From Escherichia phage RB43: a DNA stretch of 64,000 nucleotides. The notes under the pieces are model-generated. The model was not told the origin of the DNA. It saw nothing but the letters and a program-made list of their open reading frames with translations, and did no database searches. A program made the translations under genes and the position numbers. The first letter of the stretch is position 1. Every line of letters begins with the position of its first letter. The stretch lies in the sequence record NC_007023.1; one strand, given 5' to 3'. Positions 1 to 7,903 of the stretch are shown in pieces.

Positions 1-17
1 TTTCGTATCTTCTAATT

Positions 18-422
18 TCATTTCATATCCCATAATTCATATTGTGCGCGAAGGATAGCGTACAGGCTACCTATGTGGATCGTGTCTACCGGACACTGGA
101 ACATATCACTACGCATCATGTTAAACTCAATATCGTTCTGTTCAACGAAGTTGCCGATCATTGATGTCCAGCCCATCACCAGGTTATAGCCGTCCTCCGA
201 TAACCCGTAAGCCAGCTTAACCATGATACAGCGTTTATCAGCCAGTTCTACGCGCATATGGGTACTGCTATGCGTGACCTTGCTGGGGAATCTGCGGAAC
301 ATCTTGGTAAGGAGTTTAGCCGTTTCAATATTGAACGCCAGTTCTTGATCCTTACTAACCTGATTATCATGACGACGATCCAGGTATTTTTTCATCTTAG
401 GGTTAGTGTTCACATGTTGCAT
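18..422 (-). CDS. hypothetical protein (134 aa)
   Basis: ORF in co-oriented minus-strand early-gene block; no recognisable motif. Confidence 0.45.
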   Translation of the reverse strand: MQHVNTNPKMKKYLDRRHDNQVSKDQELAFNIETAKLLTKMFRRFPSKVTHSSTHMRVELADKRCIMVKLAYGLSEDGYNLVMGWTSMIGNFVEQNDIEFNMMRSDMFQCPVDTIHIGSLYAILRAQYELWDMK

Positions 423-595
423 AATGTATCCTTAAAACGTTCTTTTCCAGTGCCATTGCATGAACTGCATTTTGGCGATCCGTGGTTATCATACCGACCC
501 GAACCGTTACATGCAAGACATTTCCGTAATTTCCAACCATACACGAACCGCATATAGTAATCGGTTCGTGCGGCTTTGCGTTCGTGGAAGTTCAT
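410..595 (-). CDS. small Cys-rich zinc-ribbon-like protein (about 61 aa)
   Basis: Two CxxC pairs (CLACNGSG...CSSCNG); ATG at 595 overlaps upstream stop (ATGA); ORF-track N-extension trimmed. Confidence 0.4.
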   Translation of the reverse strand: MNFHERKAARTDYYMRFVYGWKLRKCLACNGSGRYDNHGSPKCSSCNGTGKERFKDTLCNM

Positions 596-798
596 ACTTT
601 GCTGTAAACCTGAACCAACCACATTTCGATGTTCGGCGCGTAAGTAACGTTTACCATCGGCATAGTGCGGTATTTGTAAGCGGCTTTGTATGCTTCCAGT
701 TCGGTCGCAACACAGAAAGAGAAACCGTTGTCATAACGTTCTGCGTTAGCAACTTCACAACCAACAACAGCAGCAATGTTTTTGTTCATGTTCATGAT
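592..798 (-). CDS. hypothetical small protein (about 68 aa)
   Basis: ATG at 798 preceded by AAGGAAAA; translation MNMNKNIAAVVG... Confidence 0.4.
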   Translation of the reverse strand: MMNMNKNIAAVVGCEVANAERYDNGFSFCVATELEAYKAAYKYRTMPMVNVTYAPNIEMWLVQVYSKV

Positions 799-842
799 GA
801 TTTTCCTTTCTCTGTTTCGTTTCGATGTGTGTAATATAACAA

Positions 843-868
843 AGACCCTGCACGGATGCAAGGGCTTT
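843..868 (-). terminator. terminator-like hairpin (CCCTGCA-CGGA-TGCAAGGG)
   Basis: GC hairpin just downstream of a minus-strand stop; near-identical hairpin at 4890-4911. Confidence 0.35.
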
Positions 869-875
869 AATGAAA

Positions 876-1176
876 TTATTTCGATTCTTTTGGCAATTGT
901 TCGATAATCGATTGAGTTTGTTTAAGTTCTTCACTCAAATTATTTCGATATGTAGCAAGTTCGCGGATTCTCGCGTTCGCATATGTGATGACCCTTTCCT
1001 CAGTCACCGCATAATGATAACCACCATTAGAAGTAAGTTCCAAACGGTAATTATCCCCCGTTAGGTACTTTGATATGCTGGTACTGTAAAAATACCTTTA
1101 CTGCTTCCAGAAGATTATAGTCTTCTTTACCGATAATAAACTGGTTCGGTTCCATTTCTTCAATATCAGGATTCAT
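876..1176 (-). pseudogene. hypothetical ~100-aa protein gene needing a 1-nt frame change at a C5/G5 run (1055-1059)
   Basis: ATG at 1176 (ATGA overlap with upstream stop) gives 41 codons then TAA; downstream frame stays open to 876 with no ATG; joining restores one ORF. Confidence 0.4.
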
Positions 1177-1709
1177 TTTGTAGCCTTATACATTTCAATT
1201 ACGCGTTTCATGTGCTCTTGTGATTGAGGCACACCAGCGAAGTTCAGTTTAATAAAGAATTCAAGACGATCTTTTTTATTGCATTCATCCAGCCCCAGGG
1301 CAGGTAATGACAGGTTTTCAAAGGCGCGTTGTTCGTGTCGCTGCATATCGTCCCAGAACAGACGGGAACCATCCGGCATAGGAATCCCTATCTCACCTTC
1401 ATAAACCTTGATGATCGTCGTCAATCGTTGTTTGCCGTCGATTACTTCGACCCAGTGAGATTCGTTAAACTCGCTATCAACAGCGATCGCGATAATACCG
1501 CAAGGGAACCCAGTGATCAAAGTTGTCAAGAATTCATCTTGTTCTTTCTGCGTCCACACATAAGGGCGCTGATAGGATGGATTCAGATCCAGATCCTTAT
1601 TTTTCCACCAGTGAATATAACTTCCAACAATGATCGCATGTTCACGGCTTCTGAAAGTTATCTGTTCGCGAATCCGGTTTCTTGCCGGAATATCATCTTT
1701 ATTAGACAT
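1173..1709 (-). CDS. DUF262 / ParB-like NTPase-domain protein (GmrSD N-terminal domain family), standalone
   Basis: Motifs SYQRPYVW...LITGFPCGIIAI...VIDGKQRLTT match the DUF262 signature; no nuclease domain follows. Confidence 0.6.
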   Translation of the reverse strand: MSNKDDIPARNRIREQITFRSREHAIIVGSYIHWWKNKDLDLNPSYQRPYVWTQKEQDEFLTTLITGFPCGIIAIAVDSEFNESHWVEVIDGKQRLTTIIKVYEGEIGIPMPDGSRLFWDDMQRHEQRAFENLSLPALGLDECNKKDRLEFFIKLNFAGVPQSQEHMKRVIEMYKATK

Positions 1710-2040
1710 GTTTGACTACCCACATCAATAAACCAGCATTGATAATAGCAAAAGTAGTACAAATCGCAGCATAAACACGCGCATTATGAACGTAGGTTTT
1801 CAGTTCTGCGATCTCTTGATCCTTTTCACTTTCGAACTCTTCACGGGTTCCGTAGTAACCAGGATCAGCAGGAGTAGCAACGCGCACAGCATCTTTTTCG
1901 AATAATGTCGATTTACCATGATCAGGCCCAACAACACCCAAAATGTCACCACGGTCGGTGTTAACGATTCCGTGTGTTCCGGCTTTGGCAAATTTACAAT
2001 CTTTGATTGTGACTACACGATCGCCAGCTTTGTAATTCAT
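1702..2040 (-). CDS. hypothetical protein with C-terminal hydrophobic helix (112 aa)
   Basis: ORF; C-terminus AAICTTFAIINAGLLMWVV is hydrophobic. Confidence 0.45.
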   Translation of the reverse strand: MNYKAGDRVVTIKDCKFAKAGTHGIVNTDRGDILGVVGPDHGKSTLFEKDAVRVATPADPGYYGTREEFESEKDQEIAELKTYVHNARVYAAICTTFAIINAGLLMWVVKHV

Positions 2041-2054
2041 AATATATCCTCAAA

Positions 2055-2068
2055 GGGGCCGAAGCCCC
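2055..2068 (-). other. intergenic GC hairpin (GGGGC-CGAA-GCCCC)
   Basis: Perfect 5-bp stem between two minus-strand ORFs; weak U-tract, so attenuator or processing site rather than strong terminator. Confidence 0.3.
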
Positions 2069-2325
2069 TATTTCGCTTTCTGTTGGAGGTACTCTAACAG
2101 TTTACCTTCTTCCTGCAAAGCAGAAACTTTATTCAGCTTTGCAATGTTCTGGAAATCAGATTGATCGGAATACTCCCAAACACCATCATCAGCAATAATT
2201 GCACCTGCTGATTCTCCGGTATGTGGATTGCGAGTCAATGCCAGCCCCAGGGGATGCAGGATCTCTTTATTGATTTTCCAGAGCAACCCCATTTCAGACA
2301 GAGTATTGAAATCGACGGTTTTCAT
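2068..2325 (-). CDS. hypothetical protein (85 aa)
   Basis: ORF in co-oriented block, overlapping stop/start with neighbours. Confidence 0.45.
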   Translation of the reverse strand: MKTVDFNTLSEMGLLWKINKEILHPLGLALTRNPHTGESAGAIIADDGVWEYSDQSDFQNIAKLNKVSALQEEGKLLEYLQQKAK

Positions 2326-2708
2326 TTTGCAATAATGCCGAAAGCAAGCAAACCACCGCGATGATCGTTATCCGCACTCTCCTGGAAGAAAAAGTATTCA
2401 TCACCGGAAATACTGGTAACACGAACACCTTCTTTCAGATACGGTAACAGATACAGAGGGATCAGCATGATTTCTAAATCATCGCTCCATTTACGGAACC
2501 CCAGATTTTTCATTTCTTCCATCGTCAGGTCATTAGGATCGACGGGTTCAAAATCAGGTGATGCCTGGAGTCGTCCAGGAAGTGAACGTATATGGTTGAG
2601 AGCAAATTCTTCTCCCCATGACTGATACGCGATAGGTTCAGCGGCACGGGTTGCAGTAGCCAACAGAATCATTTGGCAGATTTGGAAAGTCGTTGCTTTT
2701 GTTTTCAT
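2322..2708 (-). CDS. hypothetical protein with hydrophobic N-terminus (128 aa)
   Basis: N-terminus MKTKATTFQICQMILLATATRAA resembles a signal peptide. Confidence 0.45.
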   Translation of the reverse strand: MKTKATTFQICQMILLATATRAAEPIAYQSWGEEFALNHIRSLPGRLQASPDFEPVDPNDLTMEEMKNLGFRKWSDDLEIMLIPLYLLPYLKEGVRVTSISGDEYFFFQESADNDHRGGLLAFGIIAK

Positions 2709-3118
2709 GATGTATATCCCACAAGTTTAGTAAGGAGGTGTCCCATAGTCTTACGCGCATGATCGCGGATTTCGCTATAAGGAACATATTTGAAACCGTC
2801 CATTTCTGTAATGGTTCGACCGTTCTTCACGAACGTTGACGCACAGAAACATTTATCGGCTTCGGGGTAATTATCGCCTTTGTAGATGAACAATGCAAGT
2901 TTTTTCTTACTTGTATAATCCAAAACACCCAGGCTGATCAGTTGGTCAGGACGCACTTCGAAACCAGTTTCTTCGAAGCATTCGCGAATAGCAGCATCAT
3001 ATGGGCTTTCACCCTTTTCTACATGCCCCTTTGGAATATCCCAGTGGGGCGTTTCGGTAGCGTGACCCATTAGAATACTGCCGTTATTCAGAAAGAGAAT
3101 ACCAGCAGATAATTCCAT
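2705..3118 (-). CDS. nudE: NUDIX hydrolase
   Basis: Nudix box GHVEKGESPYDAAIRECFEETG (Gx5Ex7REUxEExGU). Confidence 0.8.
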   Translation of the reverse strand: MELSAGILFLNNGSILMGHATETPHWDIPKGHVEKGESPYDAAIRECFEETGFEVRPDQLISLGVLDYTSKKKLALFIYKGDNYPEADKCFCASTFVKNGRTITEMDGFKYVPYSEIRDHARKTMGHLLTKLVGYTS

Positions 3119-3354
3119 TATGCGTTTCCTGAACTAAATTTCTCGTCGTATGCGGAAAGCGCATTATCTGCACGTTTTTTCGCTTCTGTATGTCCACGGC
3201 TATCATTGATACCGCGACGATACATTTCGATCCAGAAAGAACGTCGAGTATCTTCGTTCATTTCGGTCAGTTTAATATCGCGAAATACGTTTTGTTCTTT
3301 GATCAGTCGTGCCAGTTCAGCATCTTGTTCAGTTCTTGATAGTACAGTGTTCAT
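3118..3354 (-). CDS. hypothetical protein (78 aa)
   Basis: ORF in co-oriented block. Confidence 0.4.
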   Translation of the reverse strand: MNTVLSRTEQDAELARLIKEQNVFRDIKLTEMNEDTRRSFWIEMYRRGINDSRGHTEAKKRADNALSAYDEKFSSGNA

Positions 3355-3375
3355 AGTTCACCTATTTCTTTCAGT

Positions 3376-3603
3376 TCAGTTTTCAGTTTTTCGAGGAGTG
3401 GATTGGTATTGGATTTGTGAATCACTCAACCGCGCATAGAACAGAGTACGGGTTTCGTTGATTTCAGACAATACCTCTTGATCGAGTTTTTCGATACCCG
3501 CACCGAATGCCATTTGAAACAGAGTTTCAGCAGTTTGCGCGAATCCGTGTTGAAACATTCGATCGAATTTTGGTTCGTATTGTATTAAACGGACACTAGC
3601 CAT
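3376..3603 (-). CDS. hypothetical protein (about 75 aa)
   Basis: Internal ATG chosen to avoid long overlap with 3596-3889 ORF. Confidence 0.35.
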   Translation of the reverse strand: MASVRLIQYEPKFDRMFQHGFAQTAETLFQMAFGAGIEKLDQEVLSEINETRTLFYARLSDSQIQYQSTPRKTEN

Positions 3604-3889
3604 AATATTCTTCGTAATCCTCACAATCTGGGAGGTATGTTTCGCAGAACATACAGAGTGTGAAAAATGCGGTTTGGCGAATGCCTGGGTTATCCGGTAG
3701 ATACATCCAGAATGTGTTTGCAAACACAATGAACGTTTTCAGATTTTCAACGGTTACTTCGCTGATACCATCATAACCAGATTGCGCGATCGCTCGCTCC
3801 AGAGGAACAGGATATTGCTGGCAGTAGTCAGCGTAATGTTCACTCGTTACAAGGTCATTAGCGACCTTCACTAAATTGGTGATTTTCAT
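3596..3889 (-). CDS. hypothetical protein (97 aa)
   Basis: ORF in co-oriented block. Confidence 0.4.
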   Translation of the reverse strand: MKITNLVKVANDLVTSEHYADYCQQYPVPLERAIAQSGYDGISEVTVENLKTFIVFANTFWMYLPDNPGIRQTAFFTLCMFCETYLPDCEDYEEYYG

Positions 3890-4152
3890 TCAATATACCC
3901 CCAGCGAATCATAATATTATTGTCATCGGCAGGACCGTATACCGAAGGGTACGGATAAACTTCTGCTTTATAAAGATACACGATAGAATGCTTACGCATT
4001 TCATTGATAATATCGCTAAACGTACCTACTGATGTTTTTAGAGGCAGTGCCATTGGATTATCGCTGGTTTCTACTGTTGCTATCGGTCCATCAACCAGGA
4101 TAACACGAACTATCGTATGTTCGGTCAAATAAGCATATATTTTGTTTTTCAT
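3886..4152 (-). CDS. hypothetical protein (88 aa)
   Basis: ORF in co-oriented block. Confidence 0.4.
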   Translation of the reverse strand: MKNKIYAYLTEHTIVRVILVDGPIATVETSDNPMALPLKTSVGTFSDIINEMRKHSIVYLYKAEVYPYPSVYGPADDNNIMIRWGYIE

Positions 4153-4469
4153 GCTTTTACGTATTCCACTTTAACAGGTTTTGCGACAAGGCGGTCTTTG
4201 GTGTAACCTTGCCCGTTACAGATATCACACACGTACTTGATATCTTCCATTTGGTCAACCCATCCAGAATCAGGCAAGCCAGAAGGATATGTGTTAACAC
4301 GGCGCACAACATATCCCTTACTTTCGCATTTCGGGCATTTGTGGGGATATTTTGATTTCAGTTCATTGGAGATCTGACGCAGCGTTTTCTCACCGCCGAG
4401 AACGGCGCACATGTGTTCGAGATCTGGAATTCTTAAATCAGCAGCCGTAACCAGGTTGAACTTTGACAT
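4149..4469 (-). CDS. zinc-ribbon protein (about 106 aa)
   Basis: CPKC...CDIC motifs; internal ATG (MSKFNLV...) preferred over ORF-track start. Confidence 0.4.
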   Translation of the reverse strand: MSKFNLVTAADLRIPDLEHMCAVLGGEKTLRQISNELKSKYPHKCPKCESKGYVVRRVNTYPSGLPDSGWVDQMEDIKYVCDICNGQGYTKDRLVAKPVKVEYVKA

Positions 4470-4479
4470 AATATATTTC

Positions 4480-4620
4480 TCACTTAAAGAATTTTTTGAT
4501 GAAAGATAGGAACAAGCCACCACCGAACATGATCCAGTAACCAGCACCATCGCCATGAAACAAGACATAGACGGCAACACCGTAACAAAATAGTTCTGCA
4601 ATGTTCAGTAAGTTTCTCAT
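4480..4620 (-). CDS. small hydrophobic membrane peptide (46 aa)
   Basis: Strong SD AAGGAGGAAGG before ATG; MRNLLNIAELFCYGVAVYVLFHGDGAGYWIMFGGGLFLSF; below ORF-track size cut-off. Confidence 0.4.
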   Translation of the reverse strand: MRNLLNIAELFCYGVAVYVLFHGDGAGYWIMFGGGLFLSFIKKFFK

Positions 4621-4709
4621 ACCTTCCTCCTTTGTCTACACCAGGTATTTTACCAGAATATAGACCATAGTCAACAACAAAGTTTTATCAACAATACGAT
4701 CGCCTGTCA

Positions 4710-4850
4710 TTAGTAGTCTCCCATAGGTTGAGAAGATGCGACACTCAGAACTTTGAAAGTGCATTTGTTCCACTCACAATAAGTTTTTGCACAGTGAACG
4801 CTACCTTTCATAACAAACCCATTTGAGAAAATAAGCCAGTACAGTTTCAT
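4710..4850 (-). CDS. small protein (about 46 aa)
   Basis: AAAGGAG SD before ATG at 4850. Confidence 0.3.
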   Translation of the reverse strand: MKLYWLIFSNGFVMKGSVHCAKTYCEWNKCTFKVLSVASSQPMGDY

Positions 4851-4885
4851 GATTGTCTCCTTTGTTTCAACACCCCCAATATAGC

Positions 4886-4917
4886 AAAAGCCCCTGCACG
4901 AATGCAAGGGCTTTTTT
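4886..4917. terminator. rho-independent terminator (GCCCCTGCACGAATGCAAGGGGC plus T-run)
   Basis: Hairpin 4890-4911 flanked by A-run and T6; follows stop of minus-strand gene 4917-5453. Confidence 0.45.
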
Positions 4918-5453
4918 CAAATACTTTTCAACATGCGTAGTTGAGGTGGACAATCTGGGGAAGCAATCAGGCGATCCAAGCGCGACATAACGCGACGGTA
5001 GCCGTCATACTCGAACTTGATTTTAGGCGGTACATAGTTAACGTTGATTGCGTTTCTCGCGTTAATGTTCGCCTCATACTCAGGGATCACGGTGCGCAAG
5101 CGTAACGCAATCACTGGCTTTTCTTCTTCGAACAATTGGACAGTACAAACACAGGCAAACACTTTACCGTTAACGCGACGGTATGCGATAAGCTCCCGTG
5201 CTCCACCACCTTTAGTTTGTACTGCGTGATACAGAACGTTACACGAATAATGTTTTGCAAGGCTATGCAAAATGTCACGGTACAACTCAAAATCTTTTTT
5301 GATTGATGCAGAGCGATCGATAAAACGGTCTGCAATATGATCTCGCGTTGCCGATACCTTGACGGTATAGAAATCGCCCAACACCATATTAAACAAGTCG
5401 TTTACTTCTTTGCGTACATCGTTGATACGTGACATTAATCGTGTTCTGTTCAT
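4917..5453 (-). CDS. hypothetical protein (178 aa)
   Basis: ORF immediately downstream of 57B homolog. Confidence 0.5.
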   Translation of the reverse strand: MNRTRLMSRINDVRKEVNDLFNMVLGDFYTVKVSATRDHIADRFIDRSASIKKDFELYRDILHSLAKHYSCNVLYHAVQTKGGGARELIAYRRVNGKVFACVCTVQLFEEEKPVIALRLRTVIPEYEANINARNAINVNYVPPKIKFEYDGYRRVMSRLDRLIASPDCPPQLRMLKSI

Positions 5454-5456
5454 AAA

Positions 5457-6080
5457 TCACCCATTATGTTTAAAGTATTCGATCTGACGCAGACGTTTTT
5501 CTGCTGCATCTTTCGAATCATATTCACCAAGTTCTTTCGTGCGGTCCTGATTGAGTATAACCCATTTATCGCCGCGCTGTTCGATGTGCTCCGTGATATC
5601 TTCAACAGTCTTATCGAGATCCAACGATTCAGCATCTTCCTCGATAATAGTCAAATCAACAGGCAGTGTCAACAGCCTTTTCACTCCGCTGATATCTTCT
5701 ATGCGGGAATCATACGCAAGCGTAACATGCGGTTTGTAATCGTCGAAATCATACGTTGCTCCGGCATCCATCGCATCTTTGAAACGGCTATGCAGATAAT
5801 CAGACTCCAGAACACCAACGATTGTATTACCATATTTCGTGTCCCACTTTTCGACATCAACCAAACGGGCAGGTTCAGAGATACCGGACGCAGGGAACAA
5901 ATCAACCGTTTTGCGGCTATACACAATCGTTGTATGCAGTTTTGCAGCAGAAACAGGATTCTCTACACCCAGAAGTTTTTGCACCTGTGCAAGCGCTTCA
6001 CAGGAAGCCTGATCGAACTTCGCACACATATACACACCTGGATCTTTCACAGGTTTTGCAACTTCAAGAAAACTTTTCAT
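5457..6080 (-). CDS. 57B: 2H phosphoesterase, T4 gene 57B / Acb1-like
   Basis: Two H-x-T/S-x motifs (HTTIVYS, HVTLAYD); position next to 57A and gene 1 as in T4; GGAG SD before ATG. Confidence 0.6.
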   Translation of the reverse strand: MKSFLEVAKPVKDPGVYMCAKFDQASCEALAQVQKLLGVENPVSAAKLHTTIVYSRKTVDLFPASGISEPARLVDVEKWDTKYGNTIVGVLESDYLHSRFKDAMDAGATYDFDDYKPHVTLAYDSRIEDISGVKRLLTLPVDLTIIEEDAESLDLDKTVEDITEHIEQRGDKWVILNQDRTKELGEYDSKDAAEKRLRQIEYFKHNG

Positions 6081-6091
6081 GTGTACTCCAA

Positions 6092-6116
6092 ATAAAAAAG
6101 GGGCTTTCGCCCCTGA
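6092..6116 (-). terminator. rho-independent terminator (GGGGC-TTTC-GCCCC)
   Basis: Hairpin 6100-6114 followed on minus strand by U-run; between 57A and 57B. Confidence 0.5.
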
Positions 6117-6138
6117 TGGTTAAACGCCTAAGCGTTAA

Positions 6139-6420
6139 TTATGCCTTTGAGCGGTCGATCGCTTCGTCGTCTGCTTTCGCTTCATCAGCTTCTGGAAGCA
6201 GTGCTTTGATAGCACCGATCAGAGCATCAGCGGATACGCCCTGGGAACCGTCGATTTCCAACAGTTGACAAATCTGGCCTACCAGTTGGCGATGATTGGT
6301 CAGCTCTTGTTCTTTACCCTGAATGATTTCATTCAGATCGAAAACACGCGCTTTCAGGATCAGTACATCGTTTTGCAGTTGCTGGGTTTGATTTTGGGTT
6401 TGTTCAGTCATTTTATACAC
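6139..6420 (-). CDS. 57A: gp57A-like tail fibre assembly chaperone
   Basis: Small coiled-coil protein (MTEQTQNQTQQLQNDVLILKARVFDL...) beside gene 1 as in T4. Confidence 0.5.
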   Translation of the reverse strand: MYKMTEQTQNQTQQLQNDVLILKARVFDLNEIIQGKEQELTNHRQLVGQICQLLEIDGSQGVSADALIGAIKALLPEADEAKADDEAIDRSKA

Positions 6421-6422
6421 TC

Positions 6423-7085
6423 TTAAAAGTTAATTACACTAAGCACGTTAGCTTTCAATTCACTAAGCGTACCATTATTTAGGATGATAATATCAGTTGG
6501 TTGAGGGTTCAAACCTTTCTCAGTTGAATGGCTGTCATCCTCTCCGGTTTTCTCGTTCGATGAATACGAACTTAGGCCCCGAACTTGCTCAGGTATTTTA
6601 TATTCATGTTTTTGTCGAACATCCGTAATGATAAAGTTATCTTTATCGGAACGCAACATTTTCTTCAATACAATATCGACCCATACAATATCGTTATGAT
6701 TACACACGATATCAGTACCGAAAACCTGCATCAGTCGGCGTATTGTCCAGGGCTGTGTATTGGTTCTACAGATTTCATATACTGCTGTATCAACAGCACC
6801 AAGCCAATAGCCCCGCTTCTCTAACCGCTTAACCCCGAAGTCGAAGACTTTTAGTGCATCTTCGTTAGACATCAACAGGGGCGCTTCTCGATCGCCTGTA
6901 TAGAATGGGTTGGTTTTAGTCAGTTCACGCAAGTAACGGTTTCCCGATTCCTTCATCCCGTCCGACAGAATACTTTTGATCTCGTCAGCGAGCGCGAACG
7001 CTTCGACGTTTTGATAGTCATCTAAAACGAACTGGGTAGCGGTGTCTTTACCCGTTCGTTTTTTACCACAAATGCAATAAATCAT
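6423..7085 (-). CDS. 1: deoxynucleoside monophosphate kinase
   Basis: P-loop GKKRTGKDT; RRLMQVFGTD, ITDVRQKHE, NNGTLSEL match T4 gp1. Confidence 0.85.
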   Translation of the reverse strand: MIYCICGKKRTGKDTATQFVLDDYQNVEAFALADEIKSILSDGMKESGNRYLRELTKTNPFYTGDREAPLLMSNEDALKVFDFGVKRLEKRGYWLGAVDTAVYEICRTNTQPWTIRRLMQVFGTDIVCNHNDIVWVDIVLKKMLRSDKDNFIITDVRQKHEYKIPEQVRGLSSYSSNEKTGEDDSHSTEKGLNPQPTDIIILNNGTLSELKANVLSVINF

Positions 7086-7087
7086 TG

Positions 7088-7621
7088 TTATTTTTTCCGT
7101 GGAGTCGGCACGATTACCTTTCCGTCAATTTCAATCTCCATATATGCGAAGTTGAACATAGCCATACAGGAAACGGCTTCATCCGAATCATTAGTGTACA
7201 TAAGCTCAAGCTCTCCCAGGTTGGAGGGCCAAGCACCATAAAAGCGAAATGTCGCCACAGTTTTTGATTGCGAGTTATCCAGGATATGCAAAGCCATTGC
7301 CTGTTGTGATTCACTCCATCGAATAGATTCGAAGGTGTTAAAATCGACGGTTCCAAGCATCCATAGGTAAACACCAAGATAGGATCGCAATTCTTCATCA
7401 ACAGCAAACCGAATAGTTAACGGATCGAACTCCATTGCTGAACCAGGGATCTTACTACGGATCATTGGGTTCAAGGGTGCATCCGTAATCGGTATTTTGA
7501 TAGATGGTAGTGTAACACCCTGAACCTGTAGTTTCAACCCTTTCATGTAATCATTATCAGGAATGTCTAAAAGAAAGTTGGTTGGTGAAATTTGGTTCAG
7601 GATCATAGCAGTTGTATTCAT
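7088..7621 (-). CDS. 3: tail completion / sheath stabiliser protein gp3
   Basis: 177 aa; tube-like fold pattern paralogous to gp19; T4 synteny (1-3-2-4-53-5). Confidence 0.65.
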   Translation of the reverse strand: MNTTAMILNQISPTNFLLDIPDNDYMKGLKLQVQGVTLPSIKIPITDAPLNPMIRSKIPGSAMEFDPLTIRFAVDEELRSYLGVYLWMLGTVDFNTFESIRWSESQQAMALHILDNSQSKTVATFRFYGAWPSNLGELELMYTNDSDEAVSCMAMFNFAYMEIEIDGKVIVPTPRKK

Positions 7622-7661
7622 AACATGATCTCCGTTTATAGATATTTATAACCAAGACCGT

Positions 7662-7829
7662 GAGCGAAGCGAACACACGAACGAAGTGAGTGTTTGGTAA
7701 CTCAACTACAGAACTACATAATTATATTTTAATATTTTATATATAGAGAAAAATGTAGTTTTTGGTATACTTTTTGTACAGATGTTAACTATCCGTCTTC
7801 GCTTCGCTTGACGGAACTCGCTTCGCTCG
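7662..7829. repeat. dyad-symmetric intergenic element, copy A
   Basis: Arms GAGCGAAGCGAA...CGAACGAAGTGAGTG / CTCGCTTCGCTCG around a 57-bp core (7712-7768) identical to 42423-42479; core is itself palindromic (AACTACAT...ATGTAGTT). Confidence 0.75.
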
Positions 7830-7903
7830 TAACCTTGAAAAAGTTATTGATCAATTCAATAAATAGGTATATCATACCCATACTTTCAAAAGAGATTGAA
7901 AAC

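Noticed and set aside
5457-5490. 57B N-terminus MKSFLEV as a capsid targeting sequence
   Set aside because: Only the first four residues match; the acidic L/I-x-E cleavage context is missing, and T4 57B is not a known head protein
5466-6095. 209-aa plus-strand ORF
   Set aside because: Antisense to the 57B homolog within a uniformly minus-strand block; no RBS
7808-7903. ORF-track N-terminal extension of the CTS cargo gene (non-ATG start inside the repeat element)
   Set aside because: Internal ATG at 7904 gives the CTS exactly at the N-terminus; extension would run through the dyad repeat
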